Program-made: the position numbers and the translations under genes
The notes under the pieces: generated by a model
Told to the model about the DNA's origin: nothing
Seen by the model: only the letters and a program-made list of their open reading frames with translations
The model's database searches: none
Assembly (NCBI GenBank): GCA_951804945.1
Contig: OX638153.1
Span: 48,856,001-48,920,000 of the forward strand
DNA from: Podarcis cretensis
Lineage: Eukaryota
Direction: 5' to 3'
Length of the DNA: 64,000 bases
In this document: piece after piece, positions 10,821-24,245 of the stretch
Layout: each line of letters begins with the position of its first letter
Numbering within the stretch: position 1 is the stretch's first letter

Positions 10821-13382
10821 AGCCAGGAATTCCTTTTACAGTCCTTTGGTGCAGTAGCAACTTTGCTGGAAGGAAAACTGAAACTAAACCAGATCTCTAT
10901 TGATTTAGGGCAGTGGGAAATGTTTGGACACTGTTTTCTAGAAAACCCATATCTCTGGTCGGTGGTCCCCTCAACGCGGGGGACGAGGTACAGTACCTCC
11001 CACTCCATCTCTGTCTTTTACTTTTGGTGTTTTAACTTTGTGTCATGGTGTTCTGGAACTTTAAGAAATAGTCAGACTTCCTGGCAAGGTATCTATGTCT
11101 TTCTTCAACTTTGGAGACTCTGTAAACTTTCCCCAGCCATATGAAAGCTGTTGATCTATGAGCCGTCCTCAGATGACCTGTAGAATGCTAAAATGAGACC
11201 ACTGTATATGTGAGGTCCCAGCAATATCTTCTCCCATAGAACTGACCGTGCATCAGGAACAAGGTGGTCCCAATTCCATGGGAAAGAGTCACATGACGGG
11301 GGCTTGCCCATCTGGTTTGGCACCAAAATATTGTTGAGAACAGTTAAGCAGCTCCTGCAGGACTTAGAAAATGTTTATACCTCTCAGTTATATTCCTACT
11401 CCAAACACAGTTTTGGCCCAAGTGTTTTTACTGTTTGGAAGTACCTTGATGCATGAAAGCATGAGCTCCTGCTTAACTGCAGGAATATATTTGCAAGACC
11501 GTTGAGGGATTAAGGAAAAAGGAGGGAAATCAATTGAATTCTTGAAACAGGTGTATCAGTTTCAGATCTATACTTTCTTTTTGATTCCCTGTTACAATGC
11601 AAGCAAAGTGGCTTGGCCAGAAGTAAGGGGTTTTTCTTATGCGCCCCAGCCATCAGATCTGCTGTGTTCCTACACTTGCGTTCCTCTCCAGCAAGAGAAG
11701 CTGTACATGTACAGTTACACAGAAGATTCATCTCTTCTGAGAAGGAAGTCAGATGGATGCAGAATTATGAAATCAGTGTGCTTCAGGTAAGGTAACCTTA
11801 GCATTTTATGCCTTCCTAGAAATCAGAGTCATATAACCCTTTAGAGCTAAAGTCCCCAAAACAGCACTCAAGAAAACCACAGCGCCTTCAGACATCCCTC
11901 TTGGTGTCCCCCAAGCACTCTACCCTTTCCAATTAAAGAGAGAGAGATATTATTGTTTTTTGGAGGTAGACTGTGTCTGTTTCTTTGGAAGTGTTGCCTG
12001 CCTTTGTTTTGGTGTGTGTTCTATTTTTTGTGGGGGAGGGTAGGTGTTTTTCCTGTCTGGGGTGTTCTTGTTCCTGAGTATTGATGGATTTTTCTATTTG
12101 AAATGGGTATTTTTGTAGCCTTTGTGTGCTTACATTACTGAAGTACCCGCATAGGAAAGAAGGTGATCAAGAAAAAATAAAGCTTTGTATAAATAATAGT
12201 GTGACTCATGAATATATAGGTGCAACTAAATTTTATGAAGTTGATCCATGAAGAAACTTTATGGTTTGAGGCAAACTTCTTTGGCTGTTTCGATAGTAGG
12301 AACAAATGCAGAGAACATTATCAGGCTTCTTCTTCTTTGTTTTGACAAATATGTCAAATATTTGTTCTGTCAAATCAATCTTCCTTTAAAGCATTGCAAA
12401 CCAGACAGCTTTTACTTTGATATATTGGCTTGTTGTCTTCCCTGTAACTATTTCTCAGCTTTGCAGGTCACACTATAATGAACACATGCAGCTGTTTATC
12501 TCAAAGTTAAATGTGAGTCTCTTCACATGACTCATGATTGGCCACCCTATGCAAGGAATTATTTGAGTGCTTTTCCATTTGCTTCCTCTCTCCTTCAGGT
12601 CCCTTCTTGCACTTCATCTTCAATGAAGTGCCCTTCCCATCCTTCTGCATCACCATGGGAGCTGCTCTTCCATAGGTGTATCTGTTTGCAGACCTTTTGG
12701 CATGGGTGAATTAAATTGAAGTAATCACTTACAGTTCCTGGAGTTCAAAGGCTTTATTCATGCAGTAACTATTTACAAGATGAATACAGACAGAAGGGGA
12801 AAAATAGCAGATGTCTTGTCTGGATAGAACAGCAAACAAAATGGCTTTTTAAAGCCATCTATGTTGGTGGCCATCACTGCCTCCTGTGGGAGTGAATTCC
12901 ATAGTTTAACTATGCACTCCATGAAGTAAGGTTAAGATCCAAAGGTAGGCTTCCTCGGACAGAATGAGTCTTCTTCCTTCACTCCTTGCAGCCAGAAGAA
13001 GGGAACCTTTGGATCCATAATGTCTAAAGGACACTTGAAACTTCTTTGATGGGCTTACTCCCTTTATCCTTAGTAAGCTTAGTAAGTAAGCTTAAGTATG
13101 AAGGTACATCTGTACCTTTATGTATGAAGTACATTTGCTCATATTCATCATTTGTCTCTCTCTCCAGCCCCTCCTCCCACTTTGTTATTCTTCACACACA
13201 CACACAGCTGCAATTTAGATTGTGATCTCAGCAGGTGATAGGTACTCATGAACTCTGCATATGAAGCCCTGTAAGTACCTTGTTCTCCATAGCTAAATAA
13301 AACCAGTTGCTTTCTTTTTTAGGTCTAGCATGGATAGTGCTGTGGCCAATGAGGAACTCATAAGATGCATAATGCTTCAAAA

Positions 13383-13383
<1 letters not shown>

Positions 13384-13423
<40 letters not shown>
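13384..13423. repeat. (AAT)n microsatellite
   Basis: Directly visible. Confidence 0.95.
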
Positions 13424-13424
<1 letters not shown>

Positions 13425-14139
13425 ATTTTTAAACATGTGTTTAAGGTCAAGACATAAAGCTAAAGCTGGAATTCAGGAAATGGCCTAATTGGCACATAAT
13501 ATCTCAGTGGTAATATGAACTGAACATGGATTGTTATTTTATGTTAGTTCTGTTTGTTTCAGAAGAATCCCAACTGAGTAATATTGTGGCATTGTTTACA
13601 GGTATCAAATTAATGTCTGAAGATTGAAATCATGTGGTAGGAGTGAATGACTCATCTCAATGAAGGTATCACAATCACAGTTACTTTGCAAATGAGTATA
13701 AAGACCTTGGGTGAGGAGTTACATAAACTTGACTGTCATTTTTTAAAAACTTCATTTTATTGGAAAATGTACTGAGCCTAAACAATGAGTCTTTTGGCAC
13801 CTTGAAGAATAATAGACTTATTATGGCATAAGACTCATGCTCTGCTCTGCTAGTCTTTAAGGTGACACACAAGCACAGTTATCCCTTTGAAAGTTATTTA
13901 ATATAATTACTTTAAATTTTATCTAATATCTGTTTTATCTGTTTTTCTTTCTACACATTTGCCTGGTAACTGCAATGAGACCTTCTTAATGGAGTGTAGT
14001 GAGTCCTGCTATTTGAAACACCCCTCCTCTGGAAATAAAGAGTGTGCCAATGACTATGTGTACCTCTACTGTCAGAGGCAGTATGTTCCTGAGTACCAGT
14101 TGGTGAAAACCACAGAAGGTGAGAGCACTGTTGCAGGCT

Positions 14140-14232
14140 TCTCATAGGCATCTGGGAGGCCACATTGAGAACAGGATGTGGGACTAGATGGGCCATTCCC
14201 CTGATCCAGCAGGCTTTTATTATGTTCTTATG
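14140..14232 (+). repeat. CR1-like 3' end repeat; other copies near 2050-2130, 28310-28390, 35940-36030 and 49648-50375
   Basis: ggactagatgggcc...tgatccagcagg...ttatgttcttatg. Confidence 0.65.
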
Positions 14233-14353
14233 TGCCTTCAGCACATGTTAAAAACCCAGATTTTTTTCAGATTATTCTGGTGGATATCTGAAATTATGGT
14301 AATTCATACTAGTTTCATGCTACTTGCCATTGCTCTTATCTTTCGCACACCAG

Positions 14354-14356
<3 letters not shown>

Positions 14357-14403
<47 letters not shown>
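14357..14403. repeat. (TA)n microsatellite
   Basis: Directly visible. Confidence 0.95.
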
Positions 14404-14406
<3 letters not shown>

Positions 14407-14596
14407 ATGCTAGCCTGTTCATACATTTCTTCAAAAGAAATTTAAAACATGTGACATTTTCTTGCTAGGTTTGTGGAGGTAGAGAGTTCTTTCCCCACCA
14501 ATATTGATCCTTTTTTGTAGAGCCAGTAATATATTGGGCACTGGGCAGAACATGGAGAGGACACAGTCCCAGACCAGAATGCTTGCCATTTACAAG

Positions 14597-14898
14597 GAAG
14601 GTCGGCGGTTCAAATCACCGTGATGGGGTGAGCTCCCATTGCTTGGTCCCTGCTCCTGCCAACCTAGCAGTTCGAAAGCATGTCAAAGTGCAAGTAGATA
14701 AATAGGTACTGCTCTGGTGGGAAGGTAAACAGCATTTCCATGCGCTGCTCTGGTTCGCCAGAAGTGGCTTAGTCCTGCTGGACACATGACCTGGAAGCTG
14801 TATGCCACCTCCCTCAGCCAATAAAGCGAGATGAGCGCCGCAACCACAGAATCGTCTGTGAGTGGACCTAATGGTCATGGGTCCCTTTACCTTTACCT
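14597..14898 (+). mobile_element. Sauria SINE, 5'-truncated, different subfamily
   Basis: gccaacctagcagttcgaaagca core; cctttacctttacct tail. Confidence 0.85.
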
Positions 14899-17355
14899 AA
14901 ACTATTCAAGACTGAGATGAGAGGGGAAAACCCATGGATTAGGGGCACAATAGGTGAGGTGAGGCTAAGTTGGTTAAGGAAGATATCTTTTTTTTAAAAA
15001 AAAAAACAATCAAAGGTTTATGTCCTTCCTAAAGGACACATAAGGAGACAAAGATGACACTAAAGGAGTGTGAGTTGGGGTGGCCACTTTTGCACGCATC
15101 AACAGAAAAAGAGGGAATGAGTCATGGAAAAGAGGGCACAGATTTGCATGCAATTCACATGTGCTAATTTAAATAGAAATTCAAGACATCTCCCCACAGT
15201 GGGAAAGACTGTGACTGGGTGACCTTTGTGCTTTCCTGTTCAGCCTGCTGTCCATGTACTAACTGTCCCAAGTGATGGTTCTCTATCTTTAATCTGTACT
15301 TAGAATGTAAAGTAGAACCAAACCCTAGTTTAGTCCATCACAGAAAAAAGAAATGAAAGAAGGCTTAAGGCGTAGAAGACTGTTATCATCCCCAGTTCCT
15401 GCTGTTGTGAATAGCATCTGTGCTTATCTTCTGCGTATTTGAGCTTTGCATAAACTGACACAGCCAGTACTTGGACATTTCAAGGCCTTTTGAGCTCACT
15501 GTTTGCAATTCTCTGTGCATATAAATCTCCCAGCTGATGATACACTTTATCCATGAAATGTCTACCAACACTTGTCCCATAAATTTATTATTTGTCTTGC
15601 ACAGCAGCCAAATCAGGCTCATTTGCTAGGTGGGAAGCAGTGGGAATATATATAATCAAAGACTTCCACACTAATCAAAAGCCCCTTACAGCTCCAGAAA
15701 TAAATTTTATATTGGGAGACATACCATGTGTCTGCTTAGAGATACACCAGTTCATATGTTTTCTAAATCAGCACTACAGAGTTTAAATGGTTTTGAGCAG
15801 CGACTCAACTCAACCAACCTAGCTATATAAAATCCTCACATGACTGGCTACCCTTTTTCTCACTTCACTAATACCAAAGTGGGGAAAATATTTTGGAAAA
15901 GAATTAGAGGAACAACTCTAGGAACTGTGGGAATGTTAATGATAGTAGGAAAGGATATATTGAATAAGTATTATCCTTCCTTCACTCAGGCTAGTAAGTG
16001 ATGTAGCAGAGCAGATTCACATGCAGGGGGAGAAAGCTCCATACCAGTGGAACAGGAAGTTACACTGACTGGATGTCCCCCTGCCTGTGCCCACTCTAGG
16101 GAAATAAGGAATGTTGCATTTGACTGTACCAATGGATTACATCACACAGGAACAAATTTGGAACAAACTACCATTCTGATCCATCTCAACTGAGCTTGAG
16201 AAAACGCTTTCTTGGAATGTCCAAAACTACAACCATCAGCTGCCATTTTACTTTCTTTCTTGTACAACTACTAAGGAATGCAACTACTAAGCAACACAAC
16301 TACTCTGTATTCCTTGTATAGGTATGTTTCATTACTTGAAATTGAACATCTATTTATAGGCAGCCTCCCCACGTTCCTGTGCTTCTAGGGAAAGCTAGCT
16401 AATGATGCCCTGCATTTTTTTAGGCACCTAGGAAGGCTGCAGAGTGCAGACCATGAGATATTATTTGAGAACTAAAAGAATGAACATTCACAAACACCCC
16501 GGGCCATATTTAAAGCAAGGTGAATGCAAAAAACAAACAAGAATCCCATCCTGCACCCCACTTATGAGGAACAAAATTTGATTTCTCCTTTCCTAATTTT
16601 TCAAATTCAGTTTCTTTTATGATGGAGAATGGTAAATAAATAAGTGACTGTGCAAGAGGGATGTTTTCGCATAGCGCTACCTGATACCATCAGTCTCTCT
16701 TGAGAATAGGAGAAAGAACAATGAGCTTTTAAGAGAAAATGTATGGAAACTGATGTGATTCCAGACAACTACCGATAAGTGTATCTTTGATAAACAAGAA
16801 GCTGGTGGGGGTCTCCACAGATTTCCCTTTATGCTCAATCTGATGGAGAGAGAGAGCAAATGTTACAAAGCTACAGGCAGGATTTTGTTAAACTGTCTGT
16901 AAACACAATTTCCGTGAGCAACACAGCAACAGTTCTCCATCTGGAAAACATCACAGTTGCTGAGATATTACTGTATGTGTGCTGCAGTGCTTGGACTCTG
17001 AAAACATTTCTTGTTTGCCTGGATGGAGGACGGAGAGTTTTGTTTGCAAGTGGGTGTAGAGACTTGGGCCCAGATTCAACATTCTCTGACCACCAACACG
17101 AGGGCTGTTGTACTAGTGTAAAGGTGAGAATTATGGTTAAGCAATCAAAATCCAATGTAACCATTGCACTAGTGGAAGCTTGTTTTGCAGCAGAGCTACA
17201 GCAAATTGTTGCATACCCTCCAACGTTTCTCCAATGAAATAAGGACACCTTATTCCATAGTATTATTATTAATATTATTGTTATTGTTATTTATACTCTG
17301 CCGATCTGACTGGGTTGTCCCACTCTGGGTGGCTTCCAACACATATAAAAATGTA

Positions 17356-17707
17356 GTAAAGGTAAAGGTAAAGGTACCCCTGCCCGTACGGGCCAGTCTA
17401 GACAGACTCTGGGGTTGTGCGCCCATCTCACTGAAGAGGCCAGGGGCCAGCGCTGTCCGAAGATACTTCCGGGTCACGTGGCCAGCGTGACATCGCTGCT
17501 CTGGCGAGCCAGAGCCGCACACGGAAACGCCGTTTACCTTCCCGCTGGTAAGCGGTCCCTATTTATCTACTTGCACCCGGAGGTGCTTTCGAACTGCTAG
17601 GTTGGCAGGCGCTGGGACCGAGCAGCGGGAGCGCACCCCGCCGCAGGGATTCGAACCGCCGACCTTTCGATTGGCAAGCCCTAGGCGTTGAGGCTTTAAC
17701 CCACAGC
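17356..17707 (-). mobile_element. Sauria SINE, nearly identical to 3499-3864, head cut by the gap
   Basis: Collinear sequence and (ACCTTT)n tail. Confidence 0.9.
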
Positions 17708-17846
17708 NNNNNNNNNNNNNNNNNNNNNNNNNNNNNNNNNNNNNNNNNNNNNNNNNNNNNNNNNNNNNNNNNNNNNNNNNNNNNNNNNNNNNNNNNNNNN
17801 NNNNNNNNNNNNNNNNNNNNNNNNNNNNNNNNNNNNNNNNNNNNNN
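17708..17846. other. Assembly gap (139 N)
   Basis: Run of N. Confidence 1.
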
Positions 17847-18591
17847 CCAGGTCCCAGCTCACAGAGGACCAACGCTAGGCTGTAGTTATGTACAAAAGTC
17901 TTTATTGAGATTCAGTCTCCATTTTAAAGCCGCAGCGTGCAGCTCTACGTCCCGACCTTAGACCGGCGAAGTCCCGTCTGAGTCTCCTCCCCCACCACAC
18001 CAGTTTAAGACTCTCGCTTTGCTCCACCTCTTCCTAAGTTCCTTTCTCCTCTGGGCCCTCCTGCCCGCTAGGGTCTCATCCTTCCTGGACTCCTCTGACG
18101 CTGACCCTGACGATTCTTGCCCCTCCTTCCGGCGGGCTTTAGGACCTGGTTCCCTATCCGGGCTACCTTCTGTGCCGCTCTCCTGTACCTTTGAACTTGG
18201 CGCGCGCGCCCAGCCTGCAACTTTCCTCTTAACCGTTAACTCGCTCTCCGATGGAGGCGTGGTCAACCCTGACTCATCTTCTCTCGCTGGTGGTGCATAT
18301 GTGGGCTCTGACACCTGGGACTCCTCCCCCCCACTACGCTCTGGTGGGGAAGCTGTTCCTGATTTCCAACTGCTGCTCTGGGAGTCCCCGCTGGCCCCTT
18401 GCTTCTGGGGTGTCCCCCTTGGGTCGCCCCTTGCCCTGCCCATCGGCGCCCCCTTCTGTGAATCTTCCGATTCGCTGGAGAGGCTCATGGAATCTATCGG
18501 GCTGCTGTCATATTCTCCTACGCTGCCCTCGGATTGCTCCCCCTCGCTTTCCATCTCCTCTCCTCCCTGCGCTCCCGCTGAGTCCCTGACA
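17847..18591 (-). mobile_element. Second LTR of the same family, 3' end lost in the assembly gap
   Basis: Starts TGTCAGGG at 18591; collinear with 25718-26545; contains the 198-aa ORF 17958-18554 and AATAAA. Confidence 0.85.
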
Positions 18592-21500
18592 TAAAATATA
18601 TAAAATATATATAAAAATGTAATAAAACATTAAAAAAACTTCCCTATACAGGGCTGCCTTCAGACGTCTTCTAAATGTTGTATAGTTACTTAACTCCTTG
18701 GCTTGGGGGTCACATAATTCCATACCCTCCAATGAAAATAGGGGCATCCTAAGGAAAAGTGGGACATTCTATGATTAAATCAGAAACCAGGATGGCTTTT
18801 GCTAATCTGGAAAATAGGAACACTTGGAGGGTCTGTTGTTGTACAATCAGGCACACAAATCATGCTATTTTCCTGCACCTGCTTTTGTTCAGGAGCCATT
18901 CTGTCTGCACAGACTGTAATTTAGCACTGTTGAATTCTTTCCTAGATCTGTGCAAGTCCTCTGCATTTGGTTTGTGGCCTGATTTGGTATCCTGATTGGG
19001 TCCAAATCTGGGCTAGTCCAATCTGGACTCTCCAAACCAAAATGGGAGCCTTGCACAGCTATAATGCTTAGTTAGGTTTTCAAACCCCAAGTGGGTCCAG
19101 GTTAAGAGAGGGAGCAGGAAACTTCCTTAAGATTTTCAGAACCAAGCCACTTGTAGGTGGAAGATTTATCATCCCCAACCCCTCCACTCCCCAACCCTTG
19201 AGTCTGCTACTGAGGCTGAGTATATTCTCCCATTTACTCTGCATCCAATATACTCCCACTGCTGGTTTGGCTAGTGATGTCATCCACAATCCATATCTTT
19301 CCTTGTATCTGATCTGTCAAGTATTATGAAATGTTGCAGTTTGACACATTTCCCCCTGAAACAGGTTTGATCCGAATTGAGAAAAAGAACAACCTGCCCT
19401 CATTTCAAGCCAGTAATGTGTGTATCGGATGCACCTACTTACTTAGCCCCTGAGAGGTACTAATGACATACTAATTATTCCTTTCCTGTGCCAAGATTAA
19501 GCAAACCCTAGGACTCTCCATATTGATTTCTCTAATCACATGAGTTTTTTGATATAGGACTGGCCCTGAGGAGATGGAGTACAGTCTGAGATATCAGTGA
19601 ATGTGCTTTTCTTCTGAGCAGAGCTAAATCAATGAAGGTTACTTGACATCACTTAAGACATTCCTCTCTCCGTGCTGAAACTTTACCAATATTCTGTGAA
19701 AGTACAAGAGTGCTTTTTTTCCATTTTGGAATACTGTTCAGACATTGAATCATGCTAAAGAATGGTTTACCAATTACAACTAATTCTTCCTCCTCCTTCT
19801 TTTGCCTTTGTGATTAATCAAAATTTAGGATAGATTTAGAGGTTGCATCCCTATAAACATAATCCACTTTATTCTGTTTTGAACTGTCACCCTGCCCTGC
19901 AGAAGGGCCCCCTGGAGTTTAAGAAGCTAAACCACCTCTATAAAAGGTTTCATTTTGGTGTGCTCTCTGTGTGTTATTTCCTGTGATTGGAAAAATGGTA
20001 ACTTGCTATTCCAAACACTGCAGACAGAAAGCATCTCCCTGAGAGAGTACTTGCTTTGCGCAGTGTGATTTCATTTGACAGGCCATCAGATTATCATGGT
20101 GTTGGTTGTGATGCAAAAGAGGATTTGGATCAAGGTTGCTTTTTCTTTTGTGTACTAACATGAACAACCAAGAGAAGTGGAGAAGTTTATACACAGACGT
20201 TTAAATAAAATATATGCAGCCAATGGCTGTTTATCAGCTGAACTTAAGCAATAAGCATGCTTAGGTTTTCAGTCTTAGATTTTATTCCGGAGACAGAAAA
20301 ATAATGATTTCACTGTGATTTTTTTATGTGAAGCAAGAATGATGCTTTAAACTAGGGATGAGGAAACAGTGGCCCTTCAGATATTGTTAGGTTCCAACTT
20401 CTGTCAGCCCCAGCCAGCATGCCAATAATAAGGGGTGATAGGAATTGGAGTTTAGAAACATCCAGAAGGCCATACGTTCCTCAGTCCTGCTATAATGACA
20501 GAGCTATGGTATAAACAAATTTCACAGAGAAGCAATTCCCCAAGGTATAGATACATCAATATTCATGATGCAAATGGCTTTTCACAAAGCAAAACAGATT
20601 GTCGAAGGCTGTGTGGTCACATCTGATTTAATCAGACTACATTCTTTATGAGTAGCTGTTGATAATGTTTTCTTCACCATTGTTGGTTAGTGATTGCATT
20701 TTTTAGTGTCAGCTCTTCTCCTGATAACTGTTGCTCTTTATTGTTAACTAAACTGTGGGACAAGAATGAAAGTGGCTTTGTAATTATGAAACAGAATGTT
20801 TTTCCTCCATAGCCATTATAAAGAACACCTTTGTATTCTTCCTCTAGAGAATAACTTGACGCTGCCTCAAAGAAGTAAAATAAACATTACTAAAACTGAG
20901 TCAATTTCTGGGTTTCTTTCTTTTCTTTTAACCTCAAAGCCAAACAATATGTGATGCTAGGTGTAAATAAATTCCACATATGGAATGCTGAGAGGATGAG
21001 CTATTAGGATTGGGACTGTGAGATGGCAGAAGGATGAATTTACCTTTCTGTCACACACTGTGATCCTGATAAAAATGGTCCCTTCTAAGTTGCAATTTCA
21101 CTCAGGCTTCGGACATCTGCTCAGACCCCAAAGCATTGCAAGGGATCACTCCCCCCCCATTTCAACTAATATCTTGTGACCTGGTGCTCTGAGCATCATC
21201 AGGTAGCTGCCATTATCACTCTCCCTAATGCTCCCAATGTAGTATCACTATGAAGCATGGTGGAAAATAAAAATATCAAGCCCAGCCACTCAATACTTAT
21301 TTCTTCCTGAAGACTGAATATTGTGGTTTAGTGAATTCGTTTACTTTAGACAGGGTTGTCATACGTCCAGAATTCCCTGGACATAGATGGAATATGGCAG
21401 TCTGAAACAGGGTTTGTACAGAAATTGCTGAAATGTCAACAACTCCCAGCATCCTTAACAAACTACAGTTCCCAGAATTCTTCAGAGGAAGCCACAGCTG

Positions 21501-23814
21501 TTTAGAGTGATATCATGGTGCTTTAAATGTATGGTGTGGATGTAGCCCAAGTGTCATAGGTGTTTATGAGGAACCACATCTTCACCAGGGCCCAACTCTA
21601 ATGAAAGATGCTCATTAACACCTTATAAGCAGAAGGAAGCTGGCTCAGTCACATCAATATTGGCAACTACATTTATCTTTTCTTGTCTGCAATGGTACCT
21701 AAAGACCATGGTGATATAAAACTGGTGTTATAAAAATATGTCAGAGCATTAGCCAGATTCAAATCAGTCTCTGAATTGTGAATGAATGTCATCAACTCTA
21801 ATGATATTAACAAGAACATAATTTCTTTCATTATTCACTATAAGCGAGGGGGTTCCTTTTAATTGCTTTCTTTGCACTCTAGATCAAGGGCTCTTCACTG
21901 CCAGTCAGTTTTATGATTAACTGCCACACCTCCAAACAACCCTTCAGCTTTCTGCTCATGTAGTCATGCAAAAGGAAATACTTTATGGGATTCCAAGGTA
22001 GTGTTGGAACTATGGGATTAAGTCCTTACTTTATGGGGATCATAGACATTTGGGTGGAGTGTCTATTGGGATAGATGTATGTTGCTCTTATTAAGTCTAG
22101 CCAACTTGACAGTTTGTTCATCCCACAGGAAAGAGGAAGAGGAAATTAATTACCACTTATTTGGTTAGTTCTTGGTGTTTGTTCCATCCAGCCTAAACAC
22201 TAAGAGTAGGCAAAGGCATGTTAGATGGGGATTGCTGGTCCCCAAGGCTTGCCATCCTATACTCACCTGGGAGTAAGACCCATTGATGTGAGTGAGCATT
22301 ACTTTTAAATAGGCATGTCAATTTCACTGTAGATAAGTCATATGTTATTTATTCTTATTATTTATTTCTATTTAATTAAATTCCTTTTGTCATTGTTCTC
22401 AGAGTAGGAGAATATCTCCTGAACCTAGATATTATACCTCTTAAGTAACTATGCACCCCCAATGTTATTTTATCTGATGCTCTTTCCATTGTGCTATTTG
22501 CATATTATTTTTGATTCACATTTTTATTGTAAGCTATCTCTTGAGGATTTGCCTTAAAATGTGGGGTAGAAATAAGCTGAATAAATCCATTTGATGGCAA
22601 CACTTCATGCACTCAGTGAAGTGGTAAACTGCTGCTGATTTAAATTTATTATCTGCCCTTCATCATAAGGCAGATTACAACCATTTAAAATGCAATATTA
22701 AATCGGTCTACAAAACCCCACATTCACAATAATTGGGTACACAGAAACATACAAGCTGTTATAAGTTTTATAGCCTTTAAGGTGCTGCAAGATTTCTTTT
22801 TTTTGCTGCAACAGACTGCAATTTTTAAAGAAACTGAATGCATTTTCTCTTACACACCTGGAAATATGGATGGATTAATCTCCCTGGGGAGAACATTCCA
22901 CAAACAGGGAGCCACCACAGAAAAGGCCTGTTCTTGTCTTCGTATATGAATTTTTGCACACATTTTTTGGTTGAAGAACTTTATTTCAAGAGTCAGAAAA
23001 TGCAAATTGAGTGTGCTTTCCCACCAGGTGTGTGTGTGTGGGGGGGAGGAAATCCAGTTTCTTGCTACATCCTTTCCCCTCCCATAACTGCCTCTGTACA
23101 AGGAGAGTTCCACACTTGTTGCCCCACTGCATGTAGAGAGCTGCATCGATTTGCAGGCTTGGGCACCCAAATTTTCATGTGCAGGGGACTGACTGCATCA
23201 ACTCTTCACAACCTTTTTTCTACTTACATAAATAAGAAACTGTACAACGCCTAGAAAGTCAGTATTCATATCTTGTACTAATCACATCAGCTTAAGAAAA
23301 TACCAGAACATGTATCTATTTGAAAAATATCCTTGTTGGCATATATCAAGGGTATGAGAAAAAGTCTCTTCTGTGACTATGCCAGACCAAGCCCTTTTTG
23401 ATATTCAGTACCTGTTGAAATGGAAGCAGGAGGATGGTGCTTTTCCACACGTGGAATGCTAATAGTGCTTTAATCAAGCATCACATGCTTGGCCATGCAG
23501 CTCCTGGACTAGTCTGTAGGATTTATTAGCACCCATTTCATATTAATTCTAAGTCTCCAGTCACTCAGCTGCTTTTCTGTGTTCCCTGATATGCCTCTCT
23601 CTGTGTGTGTGTAAAGTGCCTTTGCCAAAATGATGATGAAGGCAAATCTCAGAATGGGGATAGTTTGGAAATGAACTTGCCGGGTTCAATTTTTTTTGGA
23701 CCATTATGTACCAGACCTAAGTCTCCTTTGCTTCAAAGTCCAGAGCTGACTCAAAATGGGCCTACTGACCCAAAGGCCTGTCCTGCTAGCCTTCTCTCCT
23801 TCTATTCCACCCCC

Positions 23815-24245
23815 CAATAATATTTATTGAGTTTCATACAAACACAAAAAATAAAAAACAATAATAAAAGAAAAGAAAAAGAGATAACATATTACAAACC
23901 TCTCAGATACTACCCACAAATAACACCACATACACAAATACAATAAGACTTAATTAATCAGTTAAACTCCAACTTCATAAACATATTACTTGACTTCCTC
24001 AAATCTCTTGCATCTGAATTTCCTTGTAATTGGATATAGCAGTTTCCAATATCATTATTCCCTTAAAAAAACAATATTCAGGTTATAATCAAATTTTCTA
24101 ACTTTTCTTATCATTCTATTTCTCATTTATTTATTTAATCCTAATTTAATCCTAGGCCTAATTGGTTCTTTCAAGTAATTACAAATCTTTAATATTAGAA
24201 TATTTATTCAAATAGTCTTTAAATTTCTTCCACTCTTCTTCTAAA
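23815..24245 (-). mobile_element. L1 3' fragment including the ORF2 C-terminus
   Basis: Minus frame EEWKKFKDYLNKY; AT-rich 3'UTR with GGAAGTC motif and AATAAA. Confidence 0.7.

Larger units (their letters stand above)
17262..18732 (-). mobile_element. L2-type 3' end (17262-17355 plus 18592-18732) interrupted by a SINE and an LTR
   Basis: NYTTFRRRLKAALYREVF on the right; stem-loop and (AAT)-rich tail on the left. Confidence 0.7.

Noticed and set aside
16860-17248. Two overlapping 125-aa ORFs on opposite strands
   Set aside because: No recognisable domain or codon signal; compatible with chance.
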